64,000 bases of DNA from Monocercomonoides exilis PA203. Lineage: Eukaryota; Protista; Preaxostyla. The translations under genes and the position numbers were made by a program. Each line of letters opens with the position of its first letter. Position 1 is the stretch's first letter. Positions 1 through 11,843 of this stretch are shown here, piece by piece. The notes beneath the pieces were generated by a model. The model was not told where the DNA came from. It saw only the letters and a list, made by a program, of their open reading frames with translations, and made no database searches. The stretch lies in assembly GCA_001643675.2 (NCBI GenBank), contig LSRY02000002.1, positions 1,240,001 through 1,304,000 of the forward strand, in the 5' to 3' direction.

Positions 1-206
1 TGCAATATATTTCCCTTCTGGAGAAGGACAAAAACGAATAATTGAATCCAACATATTTTTATTGTGGGTAACAATTGTTTGTTACTCATTTCTGTTAGTT
101 ATTCAAAAACAATAATAAAAGTCCAGAATAACTGTTTGGTATTTTGATTTTATTGAACAATAAATATTAGTTATGGCCATCAAAAAATAAACCCATACGG
201 TTAAAA

Positions 207-3200
207 ATGAGTCTTTTTAGGTTCGAAAGTGTTTTGCTTAATCTACGATTTACAATTTTCTTTATTTGATATTATAAATATGATAAAATTTGTTTATATA
301 GCACAAGAGAGTGGTGGTCTCACAAAGTTTCAAGTAATGAAGAGTATGGAAATCTTTCATTGTGCGTTGGAAATATCGACAATGAACCTTTAGCACGAGG
401 TTTGTTATACATGTTTTATAATGTGCTTCTAAGTATCTATGACTCTACGATAAATGTTTTGAATACTTCATATTTGAAATTTCATCAACATTATTTTGAA
501 ATTATTGTTTCATAATCATGATATCGCCACAAATATGGAAACTTTTTTTTTGAATTTTGATAACCATTTATAGACAAAATTGTGACTGGTTCATTTCAAG
601 GAACACTTCGAATTTTTCTCCCAAGAAAGAACGAATACAACATGAACGATTTGATGCTTGAAGAAGATCTTGGTCAACCTATTCTCCAAGTTGCAGCAGG
701 GAAGTTTCTCGCAGGATCTAAAAAATTAGCATTGGCCGTGCTGCACCCCCGAAAACTCGTGGTGTATTCAGTGATAACAATGGATATGGGAGGAGGACAA
801 GCTTTTTCTGCTGATGAAGGTTGCTTTTATGCACTGTCAAAGAACTATGAGCATAAACTTCCAAGAAATGCACATTCAATGGTTTATGGACCATTTGGCG
901 GGCAATATGACAGAGATTTTATTTGCGTTCAGTCAATGGATGGGTGCTATTCATTTTTTGAACAGGAAGTTCGAGGTTTTGACAGAGTTCTTCATGACTT
1001 CTTGCTACCTGGTCCTTTTGCTTATTTACAAGTTTGTTGCACTTTTATTTAAAGCATAAGTTTATTTTTTATTTTTTATTTTTTTTAAAATGTGATATAT
1101 CTTTTTATAAACACATTACAAACCTTGTTATTTTTTTCAATTAAAATTTTTGTTTAGTCACGCGATGCCTTTGTTATTGCGCTGTCAACAATGGAAGTTG
1201 TATGCATCCGCTATCAGACCTTTGCGAAGTCTATAGGCTCCACTCCACAGTACGTACACAACATTACACCAGACGATACAACCAGCCTGTTGGGACAAAT
1301 GGCTATTGGCGGAGTTGGAAGCACTCAGGACTTCTCCACAATCCCAACACTCGCACACCAACCGCTCCCAGAAGAGAAAGGGCGCATCGGCGTAGCAGCC
1401 ACCTCCCCATCAGCTGTGTCTTCTTCCTCTTTCTCGAAGCAGCTCAGAGAAGAATGGCGCACCTCCATTGGCGAGCACGTCGTGTCCATCCGCATCGGCC
1501 GCTGCACAGAGCATCTCGAAGCATCTCAGAGCGACATCCTCGTCTGCGGCACACACACGCTCTTCACACTGAAGGAGTCCGGAGATATCCGAAGGCAGCG
1601 GAGGAACGAGCGAGAACCCGCTATGATGACAACATTCTCACTCGCCCACGAAGAAAGAGGCGGTGCAAACAAAGAGCATCTTCTTGTCGCCACTTTCGAT
1701 GGGCTTTTGCTGGTGATGGACGATCAGACGCTGAAGTGGGCGTCGACAATCGACCGGGTGCCCACAGCCATCTGCGTGGGAGTCTTTGGCGATGTGCGGG
1801 GGCTGCTTGTGTGTCTGTTTGAAGACGGGGAGGTGAGGGTGTGCTATTTGGGCTCAGACCCCGTCAGCTCGAAGATCCCCGCAGCAAGTGGGAAGGAGCT
1901 GAACTACGAGGAGATGGAGAAAGAGCAGAAGAGGCTCAGGCAGATCATCAGAGACAGCTACAACCTCTTTGGCGGTTCATCATCTTCTTCTTCATCTTCT
2001 TCTTCCTCATCTTCCTCTTCTTCTTCTCAACAGAACGAGATTGTCACTCTTTTGGCGCAGGTTTCTATTCCACCAGACAATCCACACGAATCAATGGGCC
2101 TTCGTGTTGTGATGGTGCCTTCTCTGGCATCGCTCTCAGACATCGACACCTCCCCCGCCAAGGATTACCATCTCTCTTCGTATTCATTTCCATCATCATC
2201 ATCATCATCATCCTCTTCATCTTCCTCTTCCTCCGCTGCTTCTTCTGGCACAGCCTCGCCTGCTGGTGGTGTCTCCGCCCGTTCTTCCACACCCATCGAC
2301 GATGGCAGGCCACGCACGCCTCGTTCATCAATTGGCAGTTCATCATCATCTTCTTCTTCACAACCTTCCTCACTCAGCAGAGGGGATGCAAGTGTGGAGC
2401 CGATTGCATCATCCCTCTCACTTCGGCTGGTGTTGGGCTCAGTTCTGAGTGAAGAGCTCATACAAGAGCTGAGGGACGATGCAGAAGCCGAGCTGGAGGA
2501 GCTGGAGGAAGAAGAGGAGGAGGACAGGCAGAGAGAGGCTAATGGAGAATACGACGATGATGAAGAGGAAGAAGAAGGAGAAGGAGAAGAAGGAGAAGAA
2601 AGGATGCGGAGGCCGAGCGATCTGGCACAGCAGAGAAAAGAAAGGGCAGAGCGAAGAAGAGAAAGAAGAGAAGCCGATCGAAAGCGCATTGAGCAGCAGA
2701 TTGCGAATCCTTCCTTTGAGATTGAGAACATGCTGGTGAATGTGGTGCTCCCGTTCCCTTTTATCTTGCTGTCTCAGTCGGAGTGGTGTGTGACGGATGC
2801 CAGCTGCGCCAAGCCTTCTGTGTCATTCACCATCCCTTCGCTCACGTTTAGCAACCAGATGGAGTCAATCTATTTGCCATTTGTAGCACTCGTCCCCAGA
2901 AACACGATGTTCACGTCGCTGAATGCATTCGCCACGATTATGTACGACGATCCGATTAATGGGTATGAGGTGGATGTGTTATCAATGAAAAATTTAACGT
3001 TTATTTATTTATTTATTAATTTCATTTTATTTTGAATAATTTTTCATTTTATTCAATAATCATCCTATTTATTACATACCCCTTCCCCTCTTTTTTCCCC
3101 CCAACACAACCACATCCACTCCATTCTATTCCCCCTTCTTTCATCACCAGTGGCACTCGCACTGTCTCCTGCACCTTCACCCTCCCCTTACGTTCTGTGT

Positions 3201-4463
3201 GCCGTGCTGTCCCTCCCATCAAAGCAGTCTCATACAAACTGACCATCGACACCAATCGCCCCCCACTCACCATTGAAGAGCTTTACTCCTCCTTCGACAA
3301 GCTCACTGCAGATGTGCTGTCAGCTCCGCTTGTGTTGTCCTTCCTGTACCATTCTGGGCAGGACGCCACAGTTCTTGTATCCACGTCAAAGGGAAGGTAT
3401 CGTGTGCAGTCTTCCTCTCTGGACGCACTCCGGTGTGTGTCAGAGGACCTGCTGGCGAGGCTGTGGAAGATTCTTGGGCAGAAGGAGAGGGAGAGGCTGA
3501 GCGAAGAGGCAGAAGCAGAGGCTGAAGCATCAGCAGGAGGGAGTGAGGTGGCTGTGGCGAAGAAAGCAGAAGACGCAGAGCCGCTGGCCATCTTCTGCAC
3601 AGACCCGATTCCGTACCAGCCGATCTTCACAGCAATCGACGAGCACTTTGCAGTGAGGCAGCAGATGAGGGGCACTTTGATGGAGATGGAGAAGAAAGCA
3701 GCGCTTTTGAAGGCGATTGAGAAGCGGCTGCTGGTCAAATGCAAAGAAAAATCAGTGTCCTCGCTGTCGAACATGGATGTGTTTTTCGACCTCATCCTGA
3801 ACGAGCAGCGGGAGCTGGTGAACCGAATGTGCTTCCTGATGAACAAACTGGCAGGAGCAGCGCTGCATTTGGAGAATGCTCTGGGTATTATGCTGTTTAT
3901 AGCCACACTCAAGCTGAAGATGGGGCCAGAGGAGACGGCGCTGTGCAAAGGGCTGTTCCAGTCACCATTAGCGTTCCTGTCGCCTCTTGTGCTGTCAACA
4001 GACTACTCTTCAGAAGGCGGGTTTTTGGGCGGGGCAGGAGGAGGAGGGGGAGATGAGGATGGGGAGGAAGATGAGGAGGGAAGAGGAGGAGGAGGAAGCG
4101 GAGGCAGTGGAGGTGGGGGTGCATCAAGCACGACGATTGTGGGAGGGTTTGAAGAGACGACAGAGGCAGCGCTGATGAGGGTGATGAAGACGCAGATGAG
4201 GAGGAAGTCAGACGGAGAAGGAAGGATTGAGACAGGCACCATTGCAACTTATCTGGAATTCCCGCCGAGCTCTGCAAGAATAAAGAAAGCTATTCAGGTA
4301 CGTGTAAAATATTATTGTTCTATTTATTTTTTTAAACAATTAATATTTCAATGAAAAATTTTCAATTTTTAATTTGAATAATAATAATAATAAAAAATAG
4401 ACCTTCTTTGACATGCTTGGGAAGGGATACACACTTCTGCCAGATCAGCCAGACTCATTCTAA
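207..4463 (+). CDS. BBS9: BBSome core subunit BBS9/PTHB1, 6 exons (207-220, 302-399, 574-1031, 1158-2962, 3151-4297, 4401-4463)
   Basis: GT-AG splicing with consistent phases gives MSLFSTREWWSHKV...LCVGNIDN...DKIVTGSFQGTLRIF...LAVLHPRKLVVY...DFICVQSMDG...FLLPGP...CYLGSDP. The C-terminal part reads LLVKCKEKSVSSLSNMD. These match recalled PTHB1 N- and C-terminal motifs. Confidence 0.93.
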
Positions 4464-4596
4464 TCAAACAACCGCTCTCAGCTTAAAATACATTCACGTT
4501 TGATTTTCTCATTTTTTTTTATTGAAGAATATTTGCGAAAATTTAATAATTTTCTAACAATTCTCTTATTTCTTGCTTTTGTCATTTATACGTTTC

Positions 4597-4608
4597 TCTA
4601 TCTATCTA

Positions 4609-4639
<31 letters not shown>

Positions 4640-4651
4640 TTCTCTTTCTCT
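4597..4651. repeat. (TCTA)n/(TTTCTC)n microsatellite between two convergent genes
   Basis: Tandem TCTA and TTTCTC units are directly visible. Confidence 0.8.
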
Positions 4652-5187
4652 CCTTCCCTCCCTTCATGCTTCAATCACAGATCCAATCTCTTTTCATAAG
4701 TCACGTCTCATTTAATCCTCTCTGACATTCTACAAACTACAAACTACTAACATCTATTTATTGTGTTTATTCTTTTCCTTTTTTATTCAATCATCTTTTC
4801 ATCTTTTTCATCCTCGTCATCTTTTTCATTCGCTGTTTTGCACACTTTCACCAAAAACATTCTGCAAACAGCATCATAAAAAACAACAAATGTTTGGCTT
4901 TTTATTGAAATGGCGAAATGACATTAGAAACATAAAAATAAACATTTTGATGTTTAAAGGACGAGAAAGAAAGGATCAGAATAAAAAGATTGGAGGAGTT
5001 ATCAAAAGAAAGAAACGGATTAATCGAGAAAAGGCGATAAAAACTAAACAAAAGCAAAAACAAACAAACAAACAAATAAATAAATAAAAAATACTTTGTG
5101 AATTGTCTAAGTTTATGTGCTCATTTAAAAAATAAATACTATTATTTTGCACAACAAGAACTTAAAATGAAATAACAAAGCGACCCC

Positions 5188-7462
5188 TCAACTTGGATGT
5201 GGATGGAGCGAAGGAAAGCGATGTGCAGTTGGATGATTGGAAGAGTAAGTGTTGAAGATAGACAACAAGGACAAGCAGATGCTGAAGATGAGAAGAACAC
5301 ACAAAACTGCCTCAAACACCTTTGTGGCTTTGCTTTTCTTGTTCAATGAAACAGGCTGCTCAAAATACTTTGCTAAGGATAAAGTGGATGAAGTGCGTTT
5401 GGCTGAAGATTTTTGAGAAGATGAAGAAGGAGGAGAAGGAGAAGAAGATGAGGAAGATGAAGAAATTGTATTAGAGGGTGTATTACAAAGCTCAGGTTTT
5501 CTTCGCATCACATCACAAGAAGACGATGAAGAAGAAGGAGATAATTCATCATTGTCTTCATCAACACACTCTCCACTCTTTTGCACAATGTTTGACTTAT
5601 CACATTCTCCTTCTCCTGTCTCTTTTTTCGATTCTTCTTCTTCTTCCCCTTCTTCCTCCCCCTCTTCCTCTTCTTCTTTCTCTTCTTTTTTATGTCTCAA
5701 TCTGCTTATTTGCGAAGTAGGCACTCTGTTTGCTTCAAGTTCCTCGACAGCTGCAAGCAGCTCTTTCAGTTCGTTCTCTGCAGATTGCTTAATGGCAGTA
5801 GCCTTTTTGAGCAGCTCAATCAACTCCAGCGCCTGCTCAATCTCCTTTTCGGTTTCTTCTTTGGATTCTTCTTCTTCTTCTTCCTCTTCCTCTTCCCCTT
5901 CCCCTTCCCCTTCTTCTTCTTCTTCTTCCCCTTCCTCCTCCTCTTTCTTATCCATTGCTTCATTCATTTTCAATTTCTTTATTTGCTCTTCTTCGGCTTT
6001 ACTTCTTTCTTCCTCCTCTTTCTTCTTTTGTTCCTCCAATATTCGCTTTTTCTCTTTTATTTTTTCTTCCTCTTGTTTTTTCTCCATTTCTTTCTTCTTC
6101 TTTTCTTCCTCTTTCTTCTTCTTTTCCTCCTCCTCTTCTTTCTTTTTCCTCTCTTCTTCCTTCCTTTTCTGTTCTTCTCTCTTCTTTCTATCTTCAATCA
6201 GCTTTTTCCTTCTTTCTTCATCTGCCTTCTTCTTCTTCTCTTCTTCCTCTTCTTTCGCCTTTCTTGCCTTTTCCCTCTGCCTCTTTTCTTCTTCTTCTTT
6301 CTTCATCCTTTCTTCCTCTCTCTTTTTCCTTTCTTCTCTCTTCTTTTCCTCCATTTCTTTTCTCCGTTTTTCTTCTCTCTTTCTCTTCTCTTCTTCTTCA
6401 ATTCTCGCTTTTTCCTCTTCTTCCCTCTTCTTCTTTTCTTCCTCTTCCTTCTTCCTTCTCCTTTCCTCTTCTCTTTTTTTTCTTTCTTCCTCTTTTTTCT
6501 TTCTTTCCTCTATTTCTCTTTTGACACGTTCTTCTTCTCTCCTCTTTCTTTCTTCTTCCTCTTCTTTTTTCTTTCGTTCCTCCTCTTCTCTTTTAATTCT
6601 TTCCTCCTCTTCCCTCTTCTTCCTTTCTTCTTCTTCCTTTCTTTTTCTCTCTTCCTCTTTTCGAATTCTTTCTTCTTCCTCCTTTTTCTTTTTTTCTTCC
6701 TCCACTTTTCTTCTTTCTTCTTCAACCTTTTTTCTTTCCCTTTCTTCTTCTTCTCTTTCAATTTTTTGCTGCTCTTCAATTATTATCTTTTTTGATAATA
6801 AATCTTCATTCTCCATAAAGTGCGCTTCTTGCGATTCTTTTTCTTGCTGTTCTTTTAATCTTCTTTCTTCTTCAATTTGTTTTAAGTGCAATTCCTTTTC
6901 CATTTGAGCACGTTGCTGTTGACGTTTCGCATAATTCCTTGCCTTCCTTTTAAATTCTTCTTGTTGGCGTTCTTTTTCTTCTGTTTCATGAGCGACTTGC
7001 TCGAAAAATTGAAGGGCTGAGCTTGATTCATACGTTGGTTTTACAATTACTTGAGAATAGTGGTGATGGTCTTTTCTCTTCCCTCCAATATCTGTTGCAG
7101 AATGACTTTTGTGCTGAACTGTTTGAAAGCTTTTTGAATTATCGTAAAATTCCCTTTGAATAGGCTTTGATTGCGAGACATCAGCTTTCAACAACTTTAA
7201 GCGTGTTAAATCAAGAGCAGGAAGAATGTTTTTATTTCCATTCGAAGATAGAACTTGTTCCTTCTGCATTTTATCAGTGGGATCTATTTTTGCAACGCTA
7301 TTTACCTTTGAATCCTCGGAAATATTATCTATTGTCTTTGTGAACATAAATTACCCATTGAACAAACAGCGTCATTAAATTATAAATGACAATATAAAAA
7401 GAGCCAAATTAATTAAAAAATTGTTTGTTGCCATTCCAAACCTCATCTTTAAAGTTATTCAT
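5188..7462 (-). CDS. Tail-anchored protein with a long E/K/R-rich (single alpha-helix/coiled-coil) rod and one C-terminal TM helix
   Basis: 719-aa ORF at 5188-7347. A probable short first exon 7462-7442 (MNNFKDE, GTTTG donor) splices in phase to TIDNISED. The C-terminus is VFEAVLCVLLIFSICLSLLSIF followed by a 21-aa tail. Confidence 0.75.
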
Positions 7463-8109
7463 TTGTAAAAAGATTAAAAGATAAGTGATTAATTTTGGTT
7501 AAGATCCTTAACGATCAGACAAGAAGAGTGATTCAAAAAGATAGCAAAAACCGACATGATAGAAAGATGCGTAGAAGATCTCAAAGTTGTGAAAAAATGA
7601 AGTCAATAAGAATACATAAATAAGTTTAAAAGATATTTTGTAAAATTGATAATTAGAATTATCAACATTTTGGAAAAAAAAATTGTGCAATGACAAGAAA
7701 AGAAGAAATTAAAAGAAAATTCAGGGTGAGGGAAAAGAAAAAGAACGTATGCTAAAAACAGGCATGACAACAAAATAGAAACATGATCTGATCAAAAATT
7801 AATGAGTCGAAAAAAAAGAAAAAAGAAAAATCAAATAAACTTATAAACGCATTTATTTGCCTTTGAGATAACAGAAATAATGAAACACAGATAGGTTTGT
7901 ATGAAGTCATATAAAATAAACAATACATTTAACGTGAATGCATGCGAATTACTCTTCATTTGATTCATTCCTTTTTTCCCCTTGCTCAAAAGATGAAAAA
8001 AATAAAATTATATATTTTTCCCTTTTCTTTTGGCCACTATCTGTTTTCCTTGCACCATCATCATCATCATCTTCTTCTTCTTCATCTTCATCTTCTTCAT
8101 CTTTAACAG

Positions 8110-8855
8110 TCACGAATACACCAACACAACTTTGTCCAATCGGCGAAGAACGGTTTTGAACTCAACAGCCTCCTGCTTCGGGTCAATGAAATGTACAAGC
8201 GCCTTCATCTGCTCAGTGACATTGTGGCACGTCCCATCACGGAGATAGAGAGAGAAGAGCTGGCCATCCGCTAAAATAAAAAATAATAATAATAATAAAT
8301 AAATAAATAAAAATAAAAAAAAAAAAAAAAAAATTAAAAAAAAATTAAAAAAAAATCATAAATGAAACATGGACAAGAATATGAATAAGAATTATATATG
8401 AGCAAAAACAAACACAAAATAAGTCTTTTTATTAAAATTTTTAAAAAAATTTTCCTTTCACTTAAAAAATAGACATAATAACAGTTCCTCTCTCAAATAA
8501 CAAACATCGGATGAGGAGGGCATAATCGTAGCAAAGAACAAAGCACCGCAGCGTGGAGATGGGAACGGGAAGAGGAATTGCTTTTACCCTCGTTGTCAGC
8601 ACAGACACAACTTTTGATGGATTCACATCTCTAAAGAAAATAAATAAATAAACAAATAAACAAATAAAATAAAATTAGGATAAAGAAAATAAGGAATGAT
8701 TATGAAAACAACATTGCGAAGGGAAAATGAACAATTATAATCTCCAATATAAATTTCATTATATCGGGAAAAAAAAAGTAAAAAAGCATTAATTCACTTA
8801 TTTGAGTTATTTCGTTTCATATCAAAATACTCACCATTCCATTTTTTTTCCAACA

Positions 8856-8896
<41 letters not shown>

Positions 8897-10994
8897 ATTT
8901 TTTTAACAATCCATACATATTGTGGTAATTCGTGTGAATGATTGTCCCTCGATCGCTGATGAAGCATATGCGCGTCCCCACAGCAACATCTGCAATCCTC
9001 TCGTTCCGGAAGAAAAGTGAGGGTGAAAGTGGAGTGAAATGGAGGATTGACCGAGAAGCTTCGACTGTGAACAAGAAATAATGACAGAAATAATAATAAT
9101 AATAATAATAATTAAATAATTTTTAATAAAAGAAATAAAGAAATAAAACCAAAGCATTTTCATTCAAAAAAATAAAAATAAAAATAAAATTAAAATTAAA
9201 AATTAAAAATAAAGACATACAAGAAGTGCTGCGTATAAAGACGATGCCTTCATCCGTCAGGAACATCCGGCAATTTGGGAAGTACTTAATAATACGGTGC
9301 TGTCCAAAGATGCCATATCGCCCTTGTTCAGTGAGGATGGATGGAACAGCAGAAGAGGAAGAAGAGGAAGAGGAAGAAGAAGATGGCCCACCAACACCAG
9401 ATTGGGATGATGGAGATGAAGATGAGGACCTGCTGATAAAGCCTGGATAGTAGCAAGGCTGATGTGAAAAGCGAAGAAAATTACATGTTTTTAATAAATA
9501 AATGGTTTTTTTTTTAATAAAATAAAATAAAATAAAATAAAATAAAATAAATAAATAAATAAATAAAGAGGTGAATATGCCAACAAATAAAGGAACTTTT
9601 CCAACAAACTTTGAATTTTGATGAATCTGTCAATTCAATCGCACCTCTTCCATGTTTCATTCGTGTAATCTCGTCGTATTCGCTCAAATCACCATAGACA
9701 AACACAGCATTGTTTTCTTCAATGAAAGTGGTAATGAATGAATTATTAATGAATGTTCAATAAATGAATAGTCATAAGTTATATATGCAAAGATTGATAT
9801 ATAAAAAATATAAATTAAAATTAAAGAAGAAAATAGAAAATAACAGACTAAGAATAACAATAATAGATCCATTTTCTTCGACAGTAAAAAATGATATTGT
9901 TGAAGGACCAAGGCTGCTCATAACAGTTCCATCAGAAGAAGAGAAAGGAGGAAGCTAATAAACACAGAAAAAAAATAAGGTTTTTTATAAATAAATAAAC
10001 AAAAAGGAAAAAATAAATTGCAACAATTTGAATAAAAAAGACTTTGCAAACCACTTTCCATCCTTCTTTCATGCTACATCGTTCACCTCTCTCATTCACT
10101 TTTAGCCCTATAAGTTGTCCCTTTGCTGTATTTTTTGAATAAATACAACAAAGCAGTTATAAACAAATGAAAAAACACAAAAAATATCAGTAATATAATT
10201 AAAAAAGTTGAAGAATGCTATACCAGTCATAATGCATGCTATTTCTTCATTTGCTTCAATTTGGACACACGGTAAATTTGACGGAGGCATTGGTAGATCA
10301 ATGATCCATTTCTTCATTGCACTTCTCAATGGATCCACAACCGGAGATTGAAACGTGCAAATTCGCTTCCACATTCTACAAGAAGTATCAGCAATTATAG
10401 ATGCTGTCATTCCAATTTCTTGACCATCGGGAACAGGTACAAAATCTGAATAAAAATATATATACAAATAGACAAAATAAACACTTCTAAAATTAAATCT
10501 TTATGCAATATCAATACCAAAAAATAGTGCAATAGAAGACATGCGCGGGTGAATTTGTGTTGGATGAAACGGGGTGAGATATTCAAATGAAAAAGGGCAA
10601 AGTTTAAGTCTCGAGAAATCATTGAGTGCTGGATTTGATAAGACTGATTCCAGATCTTCAACCGAATTTAGTACAATAAATTTTCTTCCAGCCGAATCCC
10701 GTTTCGCTGAATCAAAAAAGAAACAATAAAATAAATAATATTTTTAAAATTTAAAAAGAACCTTTCAAAGTAATTGCAGAAAGTCGAGGATTTAATTTTA
10801 AAAGATATGTTGATTTGCAGATTGCAAGAAACTGTATGTTCACAAAAAAATATATGATTAACTTTTCTGAAACATTGAAAATCGCAAACATTTTGGATGT
10901 CCAGAACAGAAAACATTTCACTAACAATTTTGAGCATTATTTCTTGAGATAAACCGCCAATTCCATTCGGCACATTAAAGTTCGAAGGTTCCAT
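8110..10994 (-). CDS. F-box-like protein with RCC1-like beta-propeller segments, about 11 exons
   Basis: Phase-consistent GT-AG splicing. The N-terminus GLSQEIMLKIVSEMFSVLDIQNFLAICKSTY is F-box-like. Downstream blades ERIADVAVGTRICFISDRGTI, RMFLTDEGIVF, YALLIRSDGQLFSL and IVILKNNAVFVYG resemble RCC1 repeats. Confidence 0.65.
8857..8894. repeat. 38-nt poly(A) run (intronic poly-T on the sense strand)
   Basis: Directly visible homopolymer. Confidence 0.9.
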
Positions 10995-11209
10995 TGGCGT
11001 GTATCTCTACTCAAATGAGATCAACAGCACAAAGATCTAATTCGATCCTCTCCAATAAACTTTTTTTTATCGAAATCAAAACCGCCTTCTGAAATTCTTC
11101 TGATAGCCTCATTGAAAAGTTGTAAGAGCAAACGTTGTTAAGTTTTTGTAAAAGAAAAATTGATCTTGAATCAATAATTAATTACAAATTCTCTTTAATT
11201 GTGCTTCAA

Positions 11210-11608
11210 ATGGCAGATTATTTGGAAAGAACTGTTCAAATTGTGACAAATGATGGGAAAATTATTGTAGTATGCGAATGATCCGTTTACGTTATGCATA
11301 ATTGCTTACTCTTTTTTTTCATTTCAAAAAAGGGAAAATTACGTGGGATCGATGATAAAACAAATTGCTTGCTTCAAAACTGCGAAGAACGCGTTTTTTC
11401 TATGAATAAAGACATGGAATCTATTCCTTTGGGAGTTTATATTATTCGTGGTGATAGCATGTGTGCAATTTTTTCATTTTTCATTTCATAAATTTAAAAA
11501 CTAAAAAGAGCTTGCATAGGAGAGGTTGATGTAGACGCAGAAAGCGCAATTGAAGTGGAAAAAATCAGAGCGCCTCCATTGAAACCTATTATTCACGTGG
11601 CATTTTGA
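11210..11608 (+). CDS. LSM8: U6 snRNA-associated Sm-like protein LSm8, 3 exons
   Basis: Spliced product MADYLERTVQIVTNDGKIIVGKLRGIDDKTNCLLQNCEERVFS...LGVYIIRGDSIACIGEVD...IRAPPLKPIIH has Sm1/Sm2 motifs and the LSm8-type C-terminal tail. Confidence 0.92.
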
Positions 11609-11843
11609 ATAAATTACAGTAGTATTTGCAATTGAAAAAGAGACAGAAAATGCGCAAAAACGATTCTATTCATGTTGAAAACATGTTGCAGTTGAAAATA
11701 TAAAGATAAATAAACGCAAATGAAACGCTATTTTCCCGGCTCTAAGCTAGATATTTTTGTTTAATACTATATCAAAAACACAGCCTTTGGGAATGAAAAG
11801 AAAAAGAAATAAAGCATGTCTCTTTAACAGAAAAATTCGTGTT

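Noticed and set aside
5552-6907. Long Ser/Phe/Leu-rich + strand ORFs (451 and 367 aa)
   Set aside because: They are antisense shadows of GAA/AAG-rich codons in the minus-strand gene.
10448-10545. Apparent GC-AG intron (GCATGT donor) in the F-box gene
   Set aside because: A canonical in-phase GTATTG donor ~27 nt downstream explains the junction equally well.
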